IMG/VR virus record: IMGVR_UViG_2778261352_000001
Coordinates: 1,199-65,198 of that record
Strand: one strand, 5' to 3'
DNA length: 64,000 nucleotides
Source: a virus
Taxonomy: Duplodnaviria; Heunggongvirae; Uroviricota; Caudoviricetes
A program made the position numbers and the translations under genes. Of the stretch, positions 8,124 to 20,701 are shown piece after piece. The notes under the pieces were generated by a model. The model saw only the letters and a list, made by a program, of their open reading frames with translations, was not told where the DNA came from and did no database searches. How positions within the stretch are numbered: the stretch's first letter is position 1; every line of letters begins with the position of its first letter.

Positions 8124-8712
8124 GTATGCAACGGTCGATTTTGACCAGGTTAATGAAAAGGGGCTGAAATCCCTTATCGCGGCGATCAATAAAACCGGTG
8201 TTACGGTAATTGAGGTTGACTCCAGCAACCGAGCAACAACGAAAGATGGCGTTAAAGTTAAAACCGCAAAGCTGGTTCTTAACGACGGACAAATTCTTGC
8301 CATACAGGTAAACGATACTGGCGATATATCGTCTGTGAAACTGAATGGAAAATCTATTCCTAACGCTCAGTCGCCGGATATCAAGACGCTTGGTACCGTC
8401 ATGGGACAGGCGGCCCGCAAAAACTCCGCAAAATTCCAGAAATCACTGATCGCCAAAGCGAAGCGTGTTGCCAATCCGGTAGACAAGAAACCGGCAGTTA
8501 AATCCAACTTTCAGCGCCTGCAAGAGGCAAAACAGCGGAATGCTCAGGTGGTTGCCGCTTATAAGTCCGCACAGAATTCGGTGTCTTTCAATCAACAGCA
8601 GATCACTGATTTGCGGGCGAAGCTGGATAAGGAGACGGGCCGACTCAATAACGAAAAGGCACGGAATGGCGAACTCAAACGTCGTCTTAAGCAACTGAAA
8701 GCAGGAAATTAA
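8110..8712 (+). CDS. hdf: Hdf-like head-associated protein
   Basis: about 200 aa with coiled-coil C-terminus, immediately upstream of darA-sized gene. Confidence 0.45.
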   Translation: MTKNKYATVDFDQVNEKGLKSLIAAINKTGVTVIEVDSSNRATTKDGVKVKTAKLVLNDGQILAIQVNDTGDISSVKLNGKSIPNAQSPDIKTLGTVMGQAARKNSAKFQKSLIAKAKRVANPVDKKPAVKSNFQRLQEAKQRNAQVVAAYKSAQNSVSFNQQQITDLRAKLDKETGRLNNEKARNGELKRRLKQLKAGN

Positions 8713-8713
8713 C

Positions 8714-10633
8714 ATGGAACAGTTCAATATCAATAAAGGGGTGACGATCAAGCCTGGGCTTGACGTGCTTCCCCCGCCAGTGACTGATGATGAATATCGC
8801 GCATTAATGGCCGGTGAGGACCGCTATCTGATGACGGAATCCAACACCATGGAGGAAATCGAGGCTACGTTCTTCTATGACACGCCGATCCACTGGTGTG
8901 CTACGGATTTACTGGAGGCGATTAGTTCTACTCGTTTGCAGTTACACCGGACCATGCAGGCATTTGTCCGGGCATTGAACCAGAAGCTGAATGGCACCGG
9001 AATCTCTGCGGGGAGTGATAAAACGGGGGATGTGGCCCAGAGCGGCGCGCGCGCGATCGGCGGTGCTGAAATTGGCCGGGCACGGAACGTTAACGGGCTG
9101 CCGGTCCTGCCAGCCATTATTCCGCTCAGTGATGGTCAGACTATCAGCATTCTGTTTCATAGCCCGACAGCGGAAAACCGGATCACCAATAGCGATACGC
9201 TGGTTGCTTTCCAGTTCTTACTGAATAAAAAAGACGTTACTCACACCGTTGCTCCGATGAGTGGACGTGATATGACGCTGGCGCAGGTCACCATGAAACT
9301 TGCCAACCTTGCAGAGAAAAACTCGGCAAAATTCCAGCGTGCGCAGAAGAAGAAAAAAGCCCTGGTTGATGAAATAACCCAACTACAGGCTGACAGTGAC
9401 CAGAAAGAGGATGCCATGAGCGACCTCGCGGATCAGGTGGCAGCGGTAGAAGGGCAGAAGGTAGATCTGGAGCAGAAAATTAACGCGGTTGCTTCGGAAG
9501 CGGATTCTCTTTATCAAGAAAATGAGCGTTTGCAGGCGGAGATTGATCAGCTCAATCGCACTGGTGGGCGCGATACCATTGCTCCTGCGGGGATGACTGG
9601 TGGGCACTCTCGCGCGCTGACGGATCGCCTTGCCAGTATCAAAAATCGTATGCATATGGACGGGGAAGCGACGCTCAGTAATGGTGCATCAATGAAGCAA
9701 TTCATTGGGGATGGCGAAGGGTATATCCAGTTAACCGATCCGGATGGCAGCGTATACATGATCAAGGCTAAATCCATACAGGGTGTGGACATGGCAGAAG
9801 CGATCGGCAAGCTGTTTAAAGCCTATAAAGCGGGTAATGTATCGGAATATCTGGTCCAACCAGAAGAACATAAACCGGAAAACGTCGAACCTGAACCAGC
9901 GGAGGATACCGGTAGCTCTTCGCCTGAACCAGAAGTCTCTGTAGGTGCATATCGATATGCCCTGCAAATGCGTCCGGCGGCCCCTGGCGCAATACCTGAA
10001 GGTAACAAAGCAATTCTGCCGCGCCCTGATGAAGGTGACCCGTATTATGAATATGCACGCTACGGCATTGCTACTTACGATACCCCGCTTTCTGATCAGC
10101 AAATGAGTGAGTACGACCTGAAGTTATTGCCTCGCGAGGATTCTTTCGACTTCCTGGCGAAGACACTTACTAATGGTCCGTTTGGCAAATATGCACAAAA
10201 AGCTCTGGAGCTGGCCACCAGCTCACCAGACGAGTTCCGCGTAATGCTGAAGACTCAGTTTCAAAAAACTTTCCCCAATATTGCGTTTCCGGGGGGCGCT
10301 GGCACCGAGAAAATGGTGCAGAGCATGATCAATGCATTGCAGGCCGAAGTCGGTGAGATTACTCAGCCAGAACCGGCCCCGGCACAGCCTGATGAAACGG
10401 TTAGCGAAGCAGATGCAGAGGCTAATAAAGCCATTGAATATCTCAATAACGTGATGGATATGCAAAGCACTGACATGGCGGAGATCCGTAACGCCCGGGG
10501 CAATGTCCGGGAAGCGATTGCAGCCCTTCAGGCTGCCGGACGTTTTGAGGAAAACGAAGAGCTGGTTAATGGCGCTGCTCGCCACCTGGCTGATCTGCTG
10601 GTAGCAATCCAGAAAGCGGGGGTAGCGGCATGA
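8714..10633 (+). CDS. darA: DarA-like antirestriction / head protein
   Basis: 639 aa; size and operon context (hdf-darA-ddrA-ddrB) as in P1; internal coiled coil. Confidence 0.6.
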   Translation: MEQFNINKGVTIKPGLDVLPPPVTDDEYRALMAGEDRYLMTESNTMEEIEATFFYDTPIHWCATDLLEAISSTRLQLHRTMQAFVRALNQKLNGTGISAGSDKTGDVAQSGARAIGGAEIGRARNVNGLPVLPAIIPLSDGQTISILFHSPTAENRITNSDTLVAFQFLLNKKDVTHTVAPMSGRDMTLAQVTMKLANLAEKNSAKFQRAQKKKKALVDEITQLQADSDQKEDAMSDLADQVAAVEGQKVDLEQKINAVASEADSLYQENERLQAEIDQLNRTGGRDTIAPAGMTGGHSRALTDRLASIKNRMHMDGEATLSNGASMKQFIGDGEGYIQLTDPDGSVYMIKAKSIQGVDMAEAIGKLFKAYKAGNVSEYLVQPEEHKPENVEPEPAEDTGSSSPEPEVSVGAYRYALQMRPAAPGAIPEGNKAILPRPDEGDPYYEYARYGIATYDTPLSDQQMSEYDLKLLPREDSFDFLAKTLTNGPFGKYAQKALELATSSPDEFRVMLKTQFQKTFPNIAFPGGAGTEKMVQSMINALQAEVGEITQPEPAPAQPDETVSEADAEANKAIEYLNNVMDMQSTDMAEIRNARGNVREAIAALQAAGRFEENEELVNGAARHLADLLVAIQKAGVAA

Positions 10634-10995
10634 CACTATCAGCTATTGAGTTAATGGATCTCAGCGATAAGTTGGATGCTCTGATGTCCAAAGCGGCTAC
10701 CGCGAGTGGCATGGAGTTGCTGGATATCAGCGATGAAATTGACCAGATCATGCAACAGATGGGGTACGGCGCGTCCGGCGGCAGTAGTGGCGAGGAAAAA
10801 CAACCTTCGGTACATGATGGTGTGCCAAAACTGGTTGCTGATTTCCTGGCTGATAAATTCGTCGATCAGAGCACAGATGCATTTATCGGTACCTTGCAGG
10901 ACTTGAGTCAATATGTTGGCACATACATCGACCTGGACCAGGTTAAACAGCACACGGCGGCATGGATAGCCGCCAACATTGAAGAGGCAGCATAA
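10630..10995 (+). CDS. ddrA: DdrA-like protein
   Basis: 121 aa acidic protein, ATGA-coupled after darA. Confidence 0.5.
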   Translation: MTLSAIELMDLSDKLDALMSKAATASGMELLDISDEIDQIMQQMGYGASGGSSGEEKQPSVHDGVPKLVADFLADKFVDQSTDAFIGTLQDLSQYVGTYIDLDQVKQHTAAWIAANIEEAA

Positions 10996-11007
10996 GGCGT
11001 AACAGGG

Positions 11008-13995
11008 ATGAGCTTAAGCGATCAGGTGGTAATGGCCACCAGCATAGAAACGCTGATCGAGCTGCTTAAGAACCTGCCCGATTATGGGCGGGTTTCGTAT
11101 GTGGTGACAGCGAAGGGAGACGAGGTAAAAACAGCGTTTGATATCGTCGATGCCTCAGCTCTTTTGGTATCCAATACTCTGGATGGGAAAATTAATCCTG
11201 ACTATCCCCAGGAACTTCAGCCGCGCGACCGGACCCGCGCATCCAGCCTTCTTCAGGTTAACCAGATATCCAAAGATTTGCGGCCTGCTCAGCTTACTGA
11301 TTCCGGTTTATCCAGCCATGGTGCGCCGATAATTGGTGAGGACAATGCCGTTGAGTCAGGTAATGGACGGACCATGGGGATCATCAAAGCCTATCAGGAC
11401 GGCAATGCGGATCGGTATCGTGAGTACCTGATTGATCATGCGACCGAATTCGGCATACGACCTGAAAAGGTCGAATCAATGACGGCTCCGGTACTGGTGC
11501 GCCGCCGGTTAACTAAGGTTGACCGCGTTCAGTTTGCCAAGGACTCAAATATTTCTGATCTTCAGGAAATGGCAGCCAGTGAAAAGGCTTTTGTTGATGC
11601 CGACAGCATAACACCGGCGATGATGGCGCTTTTTAACCCGTCAGAAAGCGGAGATCTGCTTAGCCGCAGTAATGACGCGTTTATTCGCGGATTCATGACG
11701 CAAGTTGGTGCTACACAGGCGGCTGGACTTGTAACTGAAGATGGGCGACCAACACGGCAACTTGTTGACCGGATACAAAACGCGATCTTTGCCAAGGCAT
11801 ATAAGGATGCGCGCTTGGTAAGGATGGTTGCAGAAGAACCTGATCCGGATATGCGTAATGTTCTGACGGCGCTTAATGCGGCGGCCAATGATTTTGTCCA
11901 GATGCAGGCTTTATCAGGAGAAGCGCACAAGCAGGCTGTGACAACCATCGTTGATGGCATTGAAACAGCTGATAGCCTCGATAAAAAGGCGCTGGCGGCA
12001 TTGAAAGATGCGGTAGACCTGGTAAGGCAATCGAAGGAGTCAGGCCAACATATTACCGATGTTATTGCTCAGGGGGATATGTTCAGCGAAACAGCCCCGG
12101 AAGTGAAAGCTCTCGCGTTGTTCATCGTCGCGAATAACCGTAGCGCGAAGCGTATGGCCACCGCCTTTAAATTGATGGCTCAACGTATCAATGATGAGTT
12201 ACAGCACCAGGGCCAGGCGCTGGGGGATATGTTTGGCGGTGGTGATGTGTCGTTACAGGAGATCCTTCGCCAGGTGTCTCAGGAACTGGAAAACGAAGGC
12301 ATGCAAGGGATATCCGGCGGTCTTTTCGAGTCCGTTTCCGGCGGTAGTTACAACGGTGTTGCTCCATATACCAGTTTGCTATTACATCGGGCATCCGGCA
12401 TCAAAGACATTATTCATCTGATCAGGCTGCTATCCCGCACCGATCCCCAGGATGAGCAGCTTGTACAAGTGCTTGCGCATTTTGTCCGAATGCCTGTTGC
12501 CGACGTGAAAAAATGGTGCCGATTATTCGGTATCAGCAATTCGTTACTTCGCGGATTGTTAAATCACGCATCCTCCCTTGGGCGCGATGGCTTTGACGAG
12601 ATAGCGCAGGCGATAAAAAACGGAGATATGCCACCAGCTATTGACTGGTTTTCCATTCGCCCAACCAGGGTGAAAGCATTCCTTAGCGCGGCGCATTCGG
12701 CATCACCATTGGCAGAAATGGTTCAGAGGCTGTCGCTCATATTCACAGACCATACCGCGTTGGGTGATCTGACTCTGGACGAGATGAAAGATGCCTCCAT
12801 TCAGTGGGCCGATCAACAAAATGAGGTTAACTCAGACTTCTTGCCAGCATTCAGGAAGGCCGTTAGTAAAGCGGATGATGCCCGTGGGATTCTGAAGGCA
12901 TTTAAGGCATTGCAAAGTCGTGTTAATAAACATGTCGGTGATATCGATGGGGTAACGGCGGAAGGCCGGGATATCCTTAAAGAGCACGGCATAACGCCAG
13001 AGTTTATTGATGAGATCAGGACTGATATGCAGCGTGAGGTCGTATCGTCCCTGCAAATCGTAGCCAGAGCGTTGGCGGATGCTAATCCGAAGAGTGCGGG
13101 CATTGTTAACCGGGTTATTGGTGATATTGAAGCATCGGAGGGCATGGGGGCACTGAAACTCTTCCTTTCGCGAGCGTTTAATCCTAACGGCAATATTCTC
13201 CCTGGCATTATTGGTGAGGCTAAAAAGCATGTCAGTGAAGAAGAACTTGAGCAGCTTAACCAGCTACTCAATCGATTTTCATATATCCCGCAGAAACGCT
13301 GGCAAATGAATCAGCGTAGTATGGATTCGGTCTACGAGAAAGTGTTATCTGCCATGAACAGTGCGATCGCCAACTCATCCGTATCAGAAGAAAAAGCTCT
13401 TGAGTGGGCCGACTCTTTTATCACGGAAGAAGTGGAAGAAGCCCGCGCTGGACAGAATGGTGGAATAGACCTGCGCAAGGAACTTGCTGATATTTATCGC
13501 CTGACCGGCGGGAAAATATCAACCTTATCAAGGGTAATTCACCACAAGGGTAGGGCGTATGCAAATCTTAATGGTGTTGTTGCTGTCGATTTGCACGATG
13601 AAAATGCAAATGCACTGTGGCACGAGCTGGGTCATCATCTTGAGTACAGTAACCCGGGTTTGTTAGAGAAAGCCAGGTCATTCCTGAAGGCCAATGTTGA
13701 AGGGGATAAGCCATCTTTCGTTAATATCGGTGGGCGTGGCAAGCCTGAATGGTGCTTCAGATCTCGATTGAGTGATATTTATATGGCGAAGGTATACCCG
13801 CCTGTCTCAGTGAGTAATTCTGGTAAATTTCGACACAAATCTCCGACAATTTCCAAAACGTCAGCAACGGAAGTGTTCTCTATGGCTCTTCAGTTGTATC
13901 ATGACAAAGAGGCCGCTGCCGCATCACTGATGAATGGTGACGGATTGCTGGAACTGTTATTAGGTGTGGCAAAGGAGCTAAATAATGCAGATTAA
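11008..13995 (+). CDS. ddrB: DdrB-like large protein
   Basis: 995 aa, size and synteny with P1 ddrB. Confidence 0.55.
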   Translation: MSLSDQVVMATSIETLIELLKNLPDYGRVSYVVTAKGDEVKTAFDIVDASALLVSNTLDGKINPDYPQELQPRDRTRASSLLQVNQISKDLRPAQLTDSGLSSHGAPIIGEDNAVESGNGRTMGIIKAYQDGNADRYREYLIDHATEFGIRPEKVESMTAPVLVRRRLTKVDRVQFAKDSNISDLQEMAASEKAFVDADSITPAMMALFNPSESGDLLSRSNDAFIRGFMTQVGATQAAGLVTEDGRPTRQLVDRIQNAIFAKAYKDARLVRMVAEEPDPDMRNVLTALNAAANDFVQMQALSGEAHKQAVTTIVDGIETADSLDKKALAALKDAVDLVRQSKESGQHITDVIAQGDMFSETAPEVKALALFIVANNRSAKRMATAFKLMAQRINDELQHQGQALGDMFGGGDVSLQEILRQVSQELENEGMQGISGGLFESVSGGSYNGVAPYTSLLLHRASGIKDIIHLIRLLSRTDPQDEQLVQVLAHFVRMPVADVKKWCRLFGISNSLLRGLLNHASSLGRDGFDEIAQAIKNGDMPPAIDWFSIRPTRVKAFLSAAHSASPLAEMVQRLSLIFTDHTALGDLTLDEMKDASIQWADQQNEVNSDFLPAFRKAVSKADDARGILKAFKALQSRVNKHVGDIDGVTAEGRDILKEHGITPEFIDEIRTDMQREVVSSLQIVARALADANPKSAGIVNRVIGDIEASEGMGALKLFLSRAFNPNGNILPGIIGEAKKHVSEEELEQLNQLLNRFSYIPQKRWQMNQRSMDSVYEKVLSAMNSAIANSSVSEEKALEWADSFITEEVEEARAGQNGGIDLRKELADIYRLTGGKISTLSRVIHHKGRAYANLNGVVAVDLHDENANALWHELGHHLEYSNPGLLEKARSFLKANVEGDKPSFVNIGGRGKPEWCFRSRLSDIYMAKVYPPVSVSNSGKFRHKSPTISKTSATEVFSMALQLYHDKEAAAASLMNGDGLLELLLGVAKELNNAD

Positions 13996-14293
13996 AATCG
14001 CAGCGCCATTAGGCGGAGATGCCATTATCGAATTTGATGATAATGAAGAAGTTTCCGGGCGTTTAAGCATTATCTCCGGTGACATTACCGAGGACATGAT
14101 CGCTGAAGCCATAGCTGGAGCAAATCCCAATAGCTATATGGGATTCGTTAACACCCTTGATGCTCCCGCAAGTGATGTTCTCCGAACGCTGCATCTTTAC
14201 GCTGGCTGGTTTGTTGATTGGCCAGCAGTAGATGGTGGCGATGAGGACGACGACGATGATTTTGGTGATCATGTAGACCAGATCGTATATTGA
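13985..14293 (+). CDS. small highly acidic protein (Asp-rich C-terminus)
   Basis: 102 aa, overlaps ddrB stop by 11 bp, DDDDD tract, followed by terminator. Confidence 0.4.
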   Translation: MQIKIAAPLGGDAIIEFDDNEEVSGRLSIISGDITEDMIAEAIAGANPNSYMGFVNTLDAPASDVLRTLHLYAGWFVDWPAVDGGDEDDDDDFGDHVDQIVY

Positions 14294-14295
14294 AG

Positions 14296-14321
14296 AAATC
14301 CCGCCAATCGGCGGGATTTTT
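14296..14321. terminator. bidirectional rho-independent terminator
   Basis: AAATCCCGCC-aatc-GGCGGGATTT hairpin followed by T-run, between convergent genes. Confidence 0.6.
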
Positions 14322-14324
14322 ACC

Positions 14325-15419
14325 TCACGAGAAGCTCTTTTCTGATGTCAGCCAACAGTGCTCGTGCAAATCTCTTGGTGGTTTTTCGACAAATGCCTCT
14401 TCAGCCACATCCTGCCAGGGGATTTGTTTAGCCCATTCAGTTATAGCGTTATGGTTTGCCGAGAATAACGGTATTGTATAGGCCTTCAGCCAGTCTAATG
14501 TGCTGGAGTTGTGTTTTTGAGCGTGATGTTTCGCATGGTGTTTGGCGATCACGATCGTAGGCACTACCCATTTACTACCGTCAGTCATTGTGAAGTGCAT
14601 ATTACGGGGAACAGATGACTTTTCCATCAACTCCCGAATCCCGGGGAATTTCCCCAAGATCAATCGACGATATTCATCGCTATTGCGCCCACCAAACTCT
14701 TTGGCTTTGAATTCAAGATATGCTTCAGAAACGAGAGGTGAATCCTCTGTGCTGAGAGTTATCGCCGTGAAAATACCAGCAGGATTGTTCTCACTATGGG
14801 CCAACCGGTGATGCGAATCATAAAAATACCCTTTCTCTCGTTCCGATGGTTTCGACAGCAACAGCAGGCGCGAATCATAACCGGTCAAATTGCCTGTTAT
14901 CACAGCATGAGCGCGGTCGCTGATTTCTGCCGCGTTAATAACGATGAAAAGATCGTGCGGTCCAGTAAAACCAGCCAGAGACTCTTCGTTATTCAGACAA
15001 TAGGTTATATAGACGCATCCCCATGTTTCACTGATATGCACCAACCCTTTGTCAGGGTGTATTCTGAAATAATTGCCAAGAAAAGGGTGTTTTTGGGTAA
15101 CTCGCTCCCAATAACGGAACATATAGTCAATTATTGTTTTTCGACTATCGTTAATCGCAGGAGAAACAACCACTGTACGGGAACACGAATACAGTATTGT
15201 TTGCAGGATGCTAATCACTGCCACAATAGAGGTTTCCCCAATACCATGTGGTGTGGTGGCAGTGACTTTGGCTCCGGTGTTCTTTATCGCGTTAATAATT
15301 TTTGCTTGATGAGGTGTTAACTCAATATCAAGCAACTCTTTTGCTGCCAGTTCCCAATTGTATTTATACCGTTCTATCAGTGCTAACCAGGCAGATTCAT
15401 TCTGTATACGATTAATCAC
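14325..15419 (-). CDS. terminase large-subunit ATPase-domain paralog with degenerate Walker motifs
   Basis: Aligns with PacB (34139..35623) over the ATPase region (LLLLSKPSEREKGYFYDSHHRLA vs [22 protein letters not shown]); Walker A GTGKS replaced by GIGETS, Walker B IIDEAS replaced by VINAAE; no nuclease domain. Confidence 0.6.
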   Translation of the reverse strand: MINRIQNESAWLALIERYKYNWELAAKELLDIELTPHQAKIINAIKNTGAKVTATTPHGIGETSIVAVISILQTILYSCSRTVVVSPAINDSRKTIIDYMFRYWERVTQKHPFLGNYFRIHPDKGLVHISETWGCVYITYCLNNEESLAGFTGPHDLFIVINAAEISDRAHAVITGNLTGYDSRLLLLSKPSEREKGYFYDSHHRLAHSENNPAGIFTAITLSTEDSPLVSEAYLEFKAKEFGGRNSDEYRRLILGKFPGIRELMEKSSVPRNMHFTMTDGSKWVVPTIVIAKHHAKHHAQKHNSSTLDWLKAYTIPLFSANHNAITEWAKQIPWQDVAEEAFVEKPPRDLHEHCWLTSEKSFS

Positions 15420-16200
15420 TTTCCACCTCTTCCGTGGTGTTTTCTTGCAGTTCTGTTAATGCAGCACGACATAGGTTCCGGGCATTGGCTATAGCCACAC
15501 TTTTGACTTCATCCGTCATCGTGCAGGTAATGTACTGATCGAGTTCTTCAGCGCGGATGATGCTTTTGCCAATCAGAAACTGTATTTGCCATAGCAGATC
15601 GGCATCCATAATCAGAATTTCTGCCGGGCCTTCAGGGCCAGCCGGGAAGGAAACATAAGACTGTTTGCCCAGGCCGACAACTCGACAACTTGCTTCAAGA
15701 ATTGCGCGCTTGAGGTCTGTCTTTATAACGGAAACAGGTTGATTTTCACCAGTGATTACGCCGTTGACATGGAAAGGCATGTAGCTTGAAATACGCTCCA
15801 CTTTCCACACGCCAGCAAGCGATCCTTCATGCAGCACAATGGGGGTAACCGCGAGTTTCATCTCACCATATAACTGCTGGCAGATAGCTGGATTGCTGAA
15901 TACATCTAAAGGCTCACATTCAAACAGCGGCGCAATCTGCATGAGGTCCATCATGGTCATCCCTGGGGTACGAGCAGTAATGAATTTGCGCATACCAGTA
16001 TCCATTGCGATCCAGATTGCTACACCATGCTTTTTGCTCACTTCTTCAGTAAAGCCAAGGTGGCACATGATGGTTTTTTCGATAGCCAGATCAGAGATAG
16101 AAACCTTTTCGCCTGGCACTCCATCATTATTGATGGTCACTTCGACACTCTGGCCATTACGTAGGCGGTATTGAATGGTTTTAGTATTTTGTGCTGTCAT
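15412..16200 (-). CDS. hypothetical protein
   Basis: 262 aa, 8-bp overlap with downstream gene. Confidence 0.45.
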   Translation of the reverse strand: MTAQNTKTIQYRLRNGQSVEVTINNDGVPGEKVSISDLAIEKTIMCHLGFTEEVSKKHGVAIWIAMDTGMRKFITARTPGMTMMDLMQIAPLFECEPLDVFSNPAICQQLYGEMKLAVTPIVLHEGSLAGVWKVERISSYMPFHVNGVITGENQPVSVIKTDLKRAILEASCRVVGLGKQSYVSFPAGPEGPAEILIMDADLLWQIQFLIGKSIIRAEELDQYITCTMTDEVKSVAIANARNLCRAALTELQENTTEEVESD

Positions 16201-16397
16201 AGTCTTTTCTCTGCTTAAAAACTGATGTATTGCGCCTTCAGGTTGGTTAGGAATGTTTTCCCACCAGCGAAAGCAATATCTCGGGGTGTTCTATTCGTTA
16301 AAAGCGCGTGCCATTGCCAACTTTGGCGTTTGTTTGCGAGTTCGTGCTTTTGTCGGCGTCTGGACCACCGCTTTTCTTTCAGTCGTTTTTTACACAT

Positions 16398-16886
16398 TCA
16401 AAACGGAATATCGTCGTCAAAGTCCATTGGAGGTTCGTTATTGGCGTTGCTCTGAGGTTTACCGCCACCACTATATTGCTGGTGGTTTTGAGGTTGGTTT
16501 GATTGCCCCCAGCCATTTGAGGACTGTGAATCGTCACGGCGAGCGCCGATCATTTGCATGGTGCCGCCCTGGCTGACGATAATTTCCGTCGTGTAACGTT
16601 CTACACCGGCGTCATCTGTCCACTTACGGGTTTTAAGTTTCCCTTCGATGTAGACCTGAGAACCTTTTCGTAAATACTCACTCGCAATTTCAGCAAGTTT
16701 TCCGAACAAAACGACTTTATGCCATTCTGTTTGCTCTTTCTGTTGGCCCGTTTGCTTGTCGCGCCATGATTCATTCGTTGCGATGCTGAGTCTTCCGACC
16801 GCGCCGCCATTTGGTATATACCTGATCTCCGGGTCTTGCCCCAGGGTACCAATCAGGATGACTTTGTTTACACCGCGTTGTGCCAC
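16398..16886 (-). CDS. ssb: single-stranded DNA-binding protein
   Basis: OB-fold N-terminus (..[25 protein letters not shown]..), Gly/Gln-rich linker, acidic tail DFDDDIPF. Confidence 0.9.
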   Translation of the reverse strand: MAQRGVNKVILIGTLGQDPEIRYIPNGGAVGRLSIATNESWRDKQTGQQKEQTEWHKVVLFGKLAEIASEYLRKGSQVYIEGKLKTRKWTDDAGVERYTTEIIVSQGGTMQMIGARRDDSQSSNGWGQSNQPQNHQQYSGGGKPQSNANNEPPMDFDDDIPF

Positions 16887-16905
16887 TTATCTTACCTAAT
16901 AAAAT

Positions 16906-16922
16906 AAATTAATTAGAGCAAT
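16906..16922. promoter_or_regulatory. C1 repressor operator (16/17 to consensus ATTGCTCTAATAAATTT, reverse orientation)
   Basis: AAATTAATTAGAGCAAT immediately upstream of ssb. Confidence 0.7.
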
Positions 16923-17055
16923 AATGTATATCTTTGAAACGTAGCTAACAAGTGATTTGCATTATCCTGTGCCTTCTAAAGGGATCGAGTCAGTCGGTAT
17001 TGGCTGTAAATGGGTGTTTGTCCTGGAGCGTAAAAAATTCGCTTATGAGGTCTTT

Positions 17056-17613
17056 ATGAAGGGAAAAACAGCCGCAGGAGGCGGTGCAATTTGCGCTATC
17101 GCGATGATGATTACCATCGTGATGGATAATGGCAATGTGCGAACCAACCAGGCGGGGCTTGAGCTTATCGGAAACGCTGAAGGTTGCCGACGTGATCCAT
17201 ACAAGTGCCCGGCGGGTGTATGGACCGACGGGATCGGTAATACACACGGGGTAACGCCTGGCGTGCGAAAAACCGACCAGCAAATCGCCGCTGATTGGGA
17301 AAAGAATATCCTGATCGCTGAACGCTGTATTAACCAGCACTTCCGGGGCAAAGACATGCCCGATAATGCCTTCAGCGCAATGACAAGCGCGGCATTCAAT
17401 ATGGGATGCAATAGTTTACGGACCTACTACAGCAAAGCGCGAGGCATGCGAGTCGAAACGTCCATCCACAAGTGGGCGCAGAAAGGGGAATGGGTGAATA
17501 TGTGTAACCATCTCCCTGATTTTGTGAACAGTAACGGCGTCCCCCTGCCCGGGTTAAAGATTCGCCGTGAAGAAGAACGCCAGCTTTGCCTGACGGGGCT
17601 TGTCAATGAATAA
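17056..17613 (+). CDS. lyz: SAR endolysin (lysozyme)
   Basis: MKGKTAAGGGAICAIA.. signal-anchor-release segment then T4-lysozyme-like domain; 185 aa from internal ATG. Confidence 0.85.
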   Translation: MKGKTAAGGGAICAIAMMITIVMDNGNVRTNQAGLELIGNAEGCRRDPYKCPAGVWTDGIGNTHGVTPGVRKTDQQIAADWEKNILIAERCINQHFRGKDMPDNAFSAMTSAAFNMGCNSLRTYYSKARGMRVETSIHKWAQKGEWVNMCNHLPDFVNSNGVPLPGLKIRREEERQLCLTGLVNE

Positions 17614-17860
17614 ACTCCGGCAGCTCCGCCGACTTTCGACAATGAAGTTATCGCTGGCGGCGATAGTTTTTGACTCGATTTTCATGGCGGTATATGTGCT
17701 CAATGAGACGTGGCCACTGGAACCGCTATTATATGCCGGGCTTCGGCTGTGCCTGACATTTTTGAGCATGGCTGCAAGATTGATGCAGCAGAAAGAAACC
17801 GCTTCAGATTGCCCACGTCGCGCGGTGCGCAAATATATGGCACGCAGACGAAGGCGATAA
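17600..17860 (+). CDS. small membrane protein downstream of endolysin
   Basis: 86 aa, hydrophobic core, Arg-rich C-terminus. Confidence 0.3.
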   Translation: MSMNKLRQLRRLSTMKLSLAAIVFDSIFMAVYVLNETWPLEPLLYAGLRLCLTFLSMAARLMQQKETASDCPRRAVRKYMARRRRR

Positions 17861-17904
17861 TAGTTAACGATAACCCCGGCAGCCGCCGGGGTTATTTTTG
17901 GTGG

Positions 17905-20635
<2,731 letters not shown>

Positions 20636-20701
20636 TTAATTAGAATAATTCGCATCGTGTTTGAACGGAATTTAACACTAGTCACTTGTTAAGGATTACC
20701 A

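Noticed and set aside
16957-17055. N-terminal 33-aa extension of the endolysin ORF
   Set aside because: The SAR-type signal MKGKTAAGGGAICAIA begins at the internal ATG (17056), matching the 185-aa endolysin.
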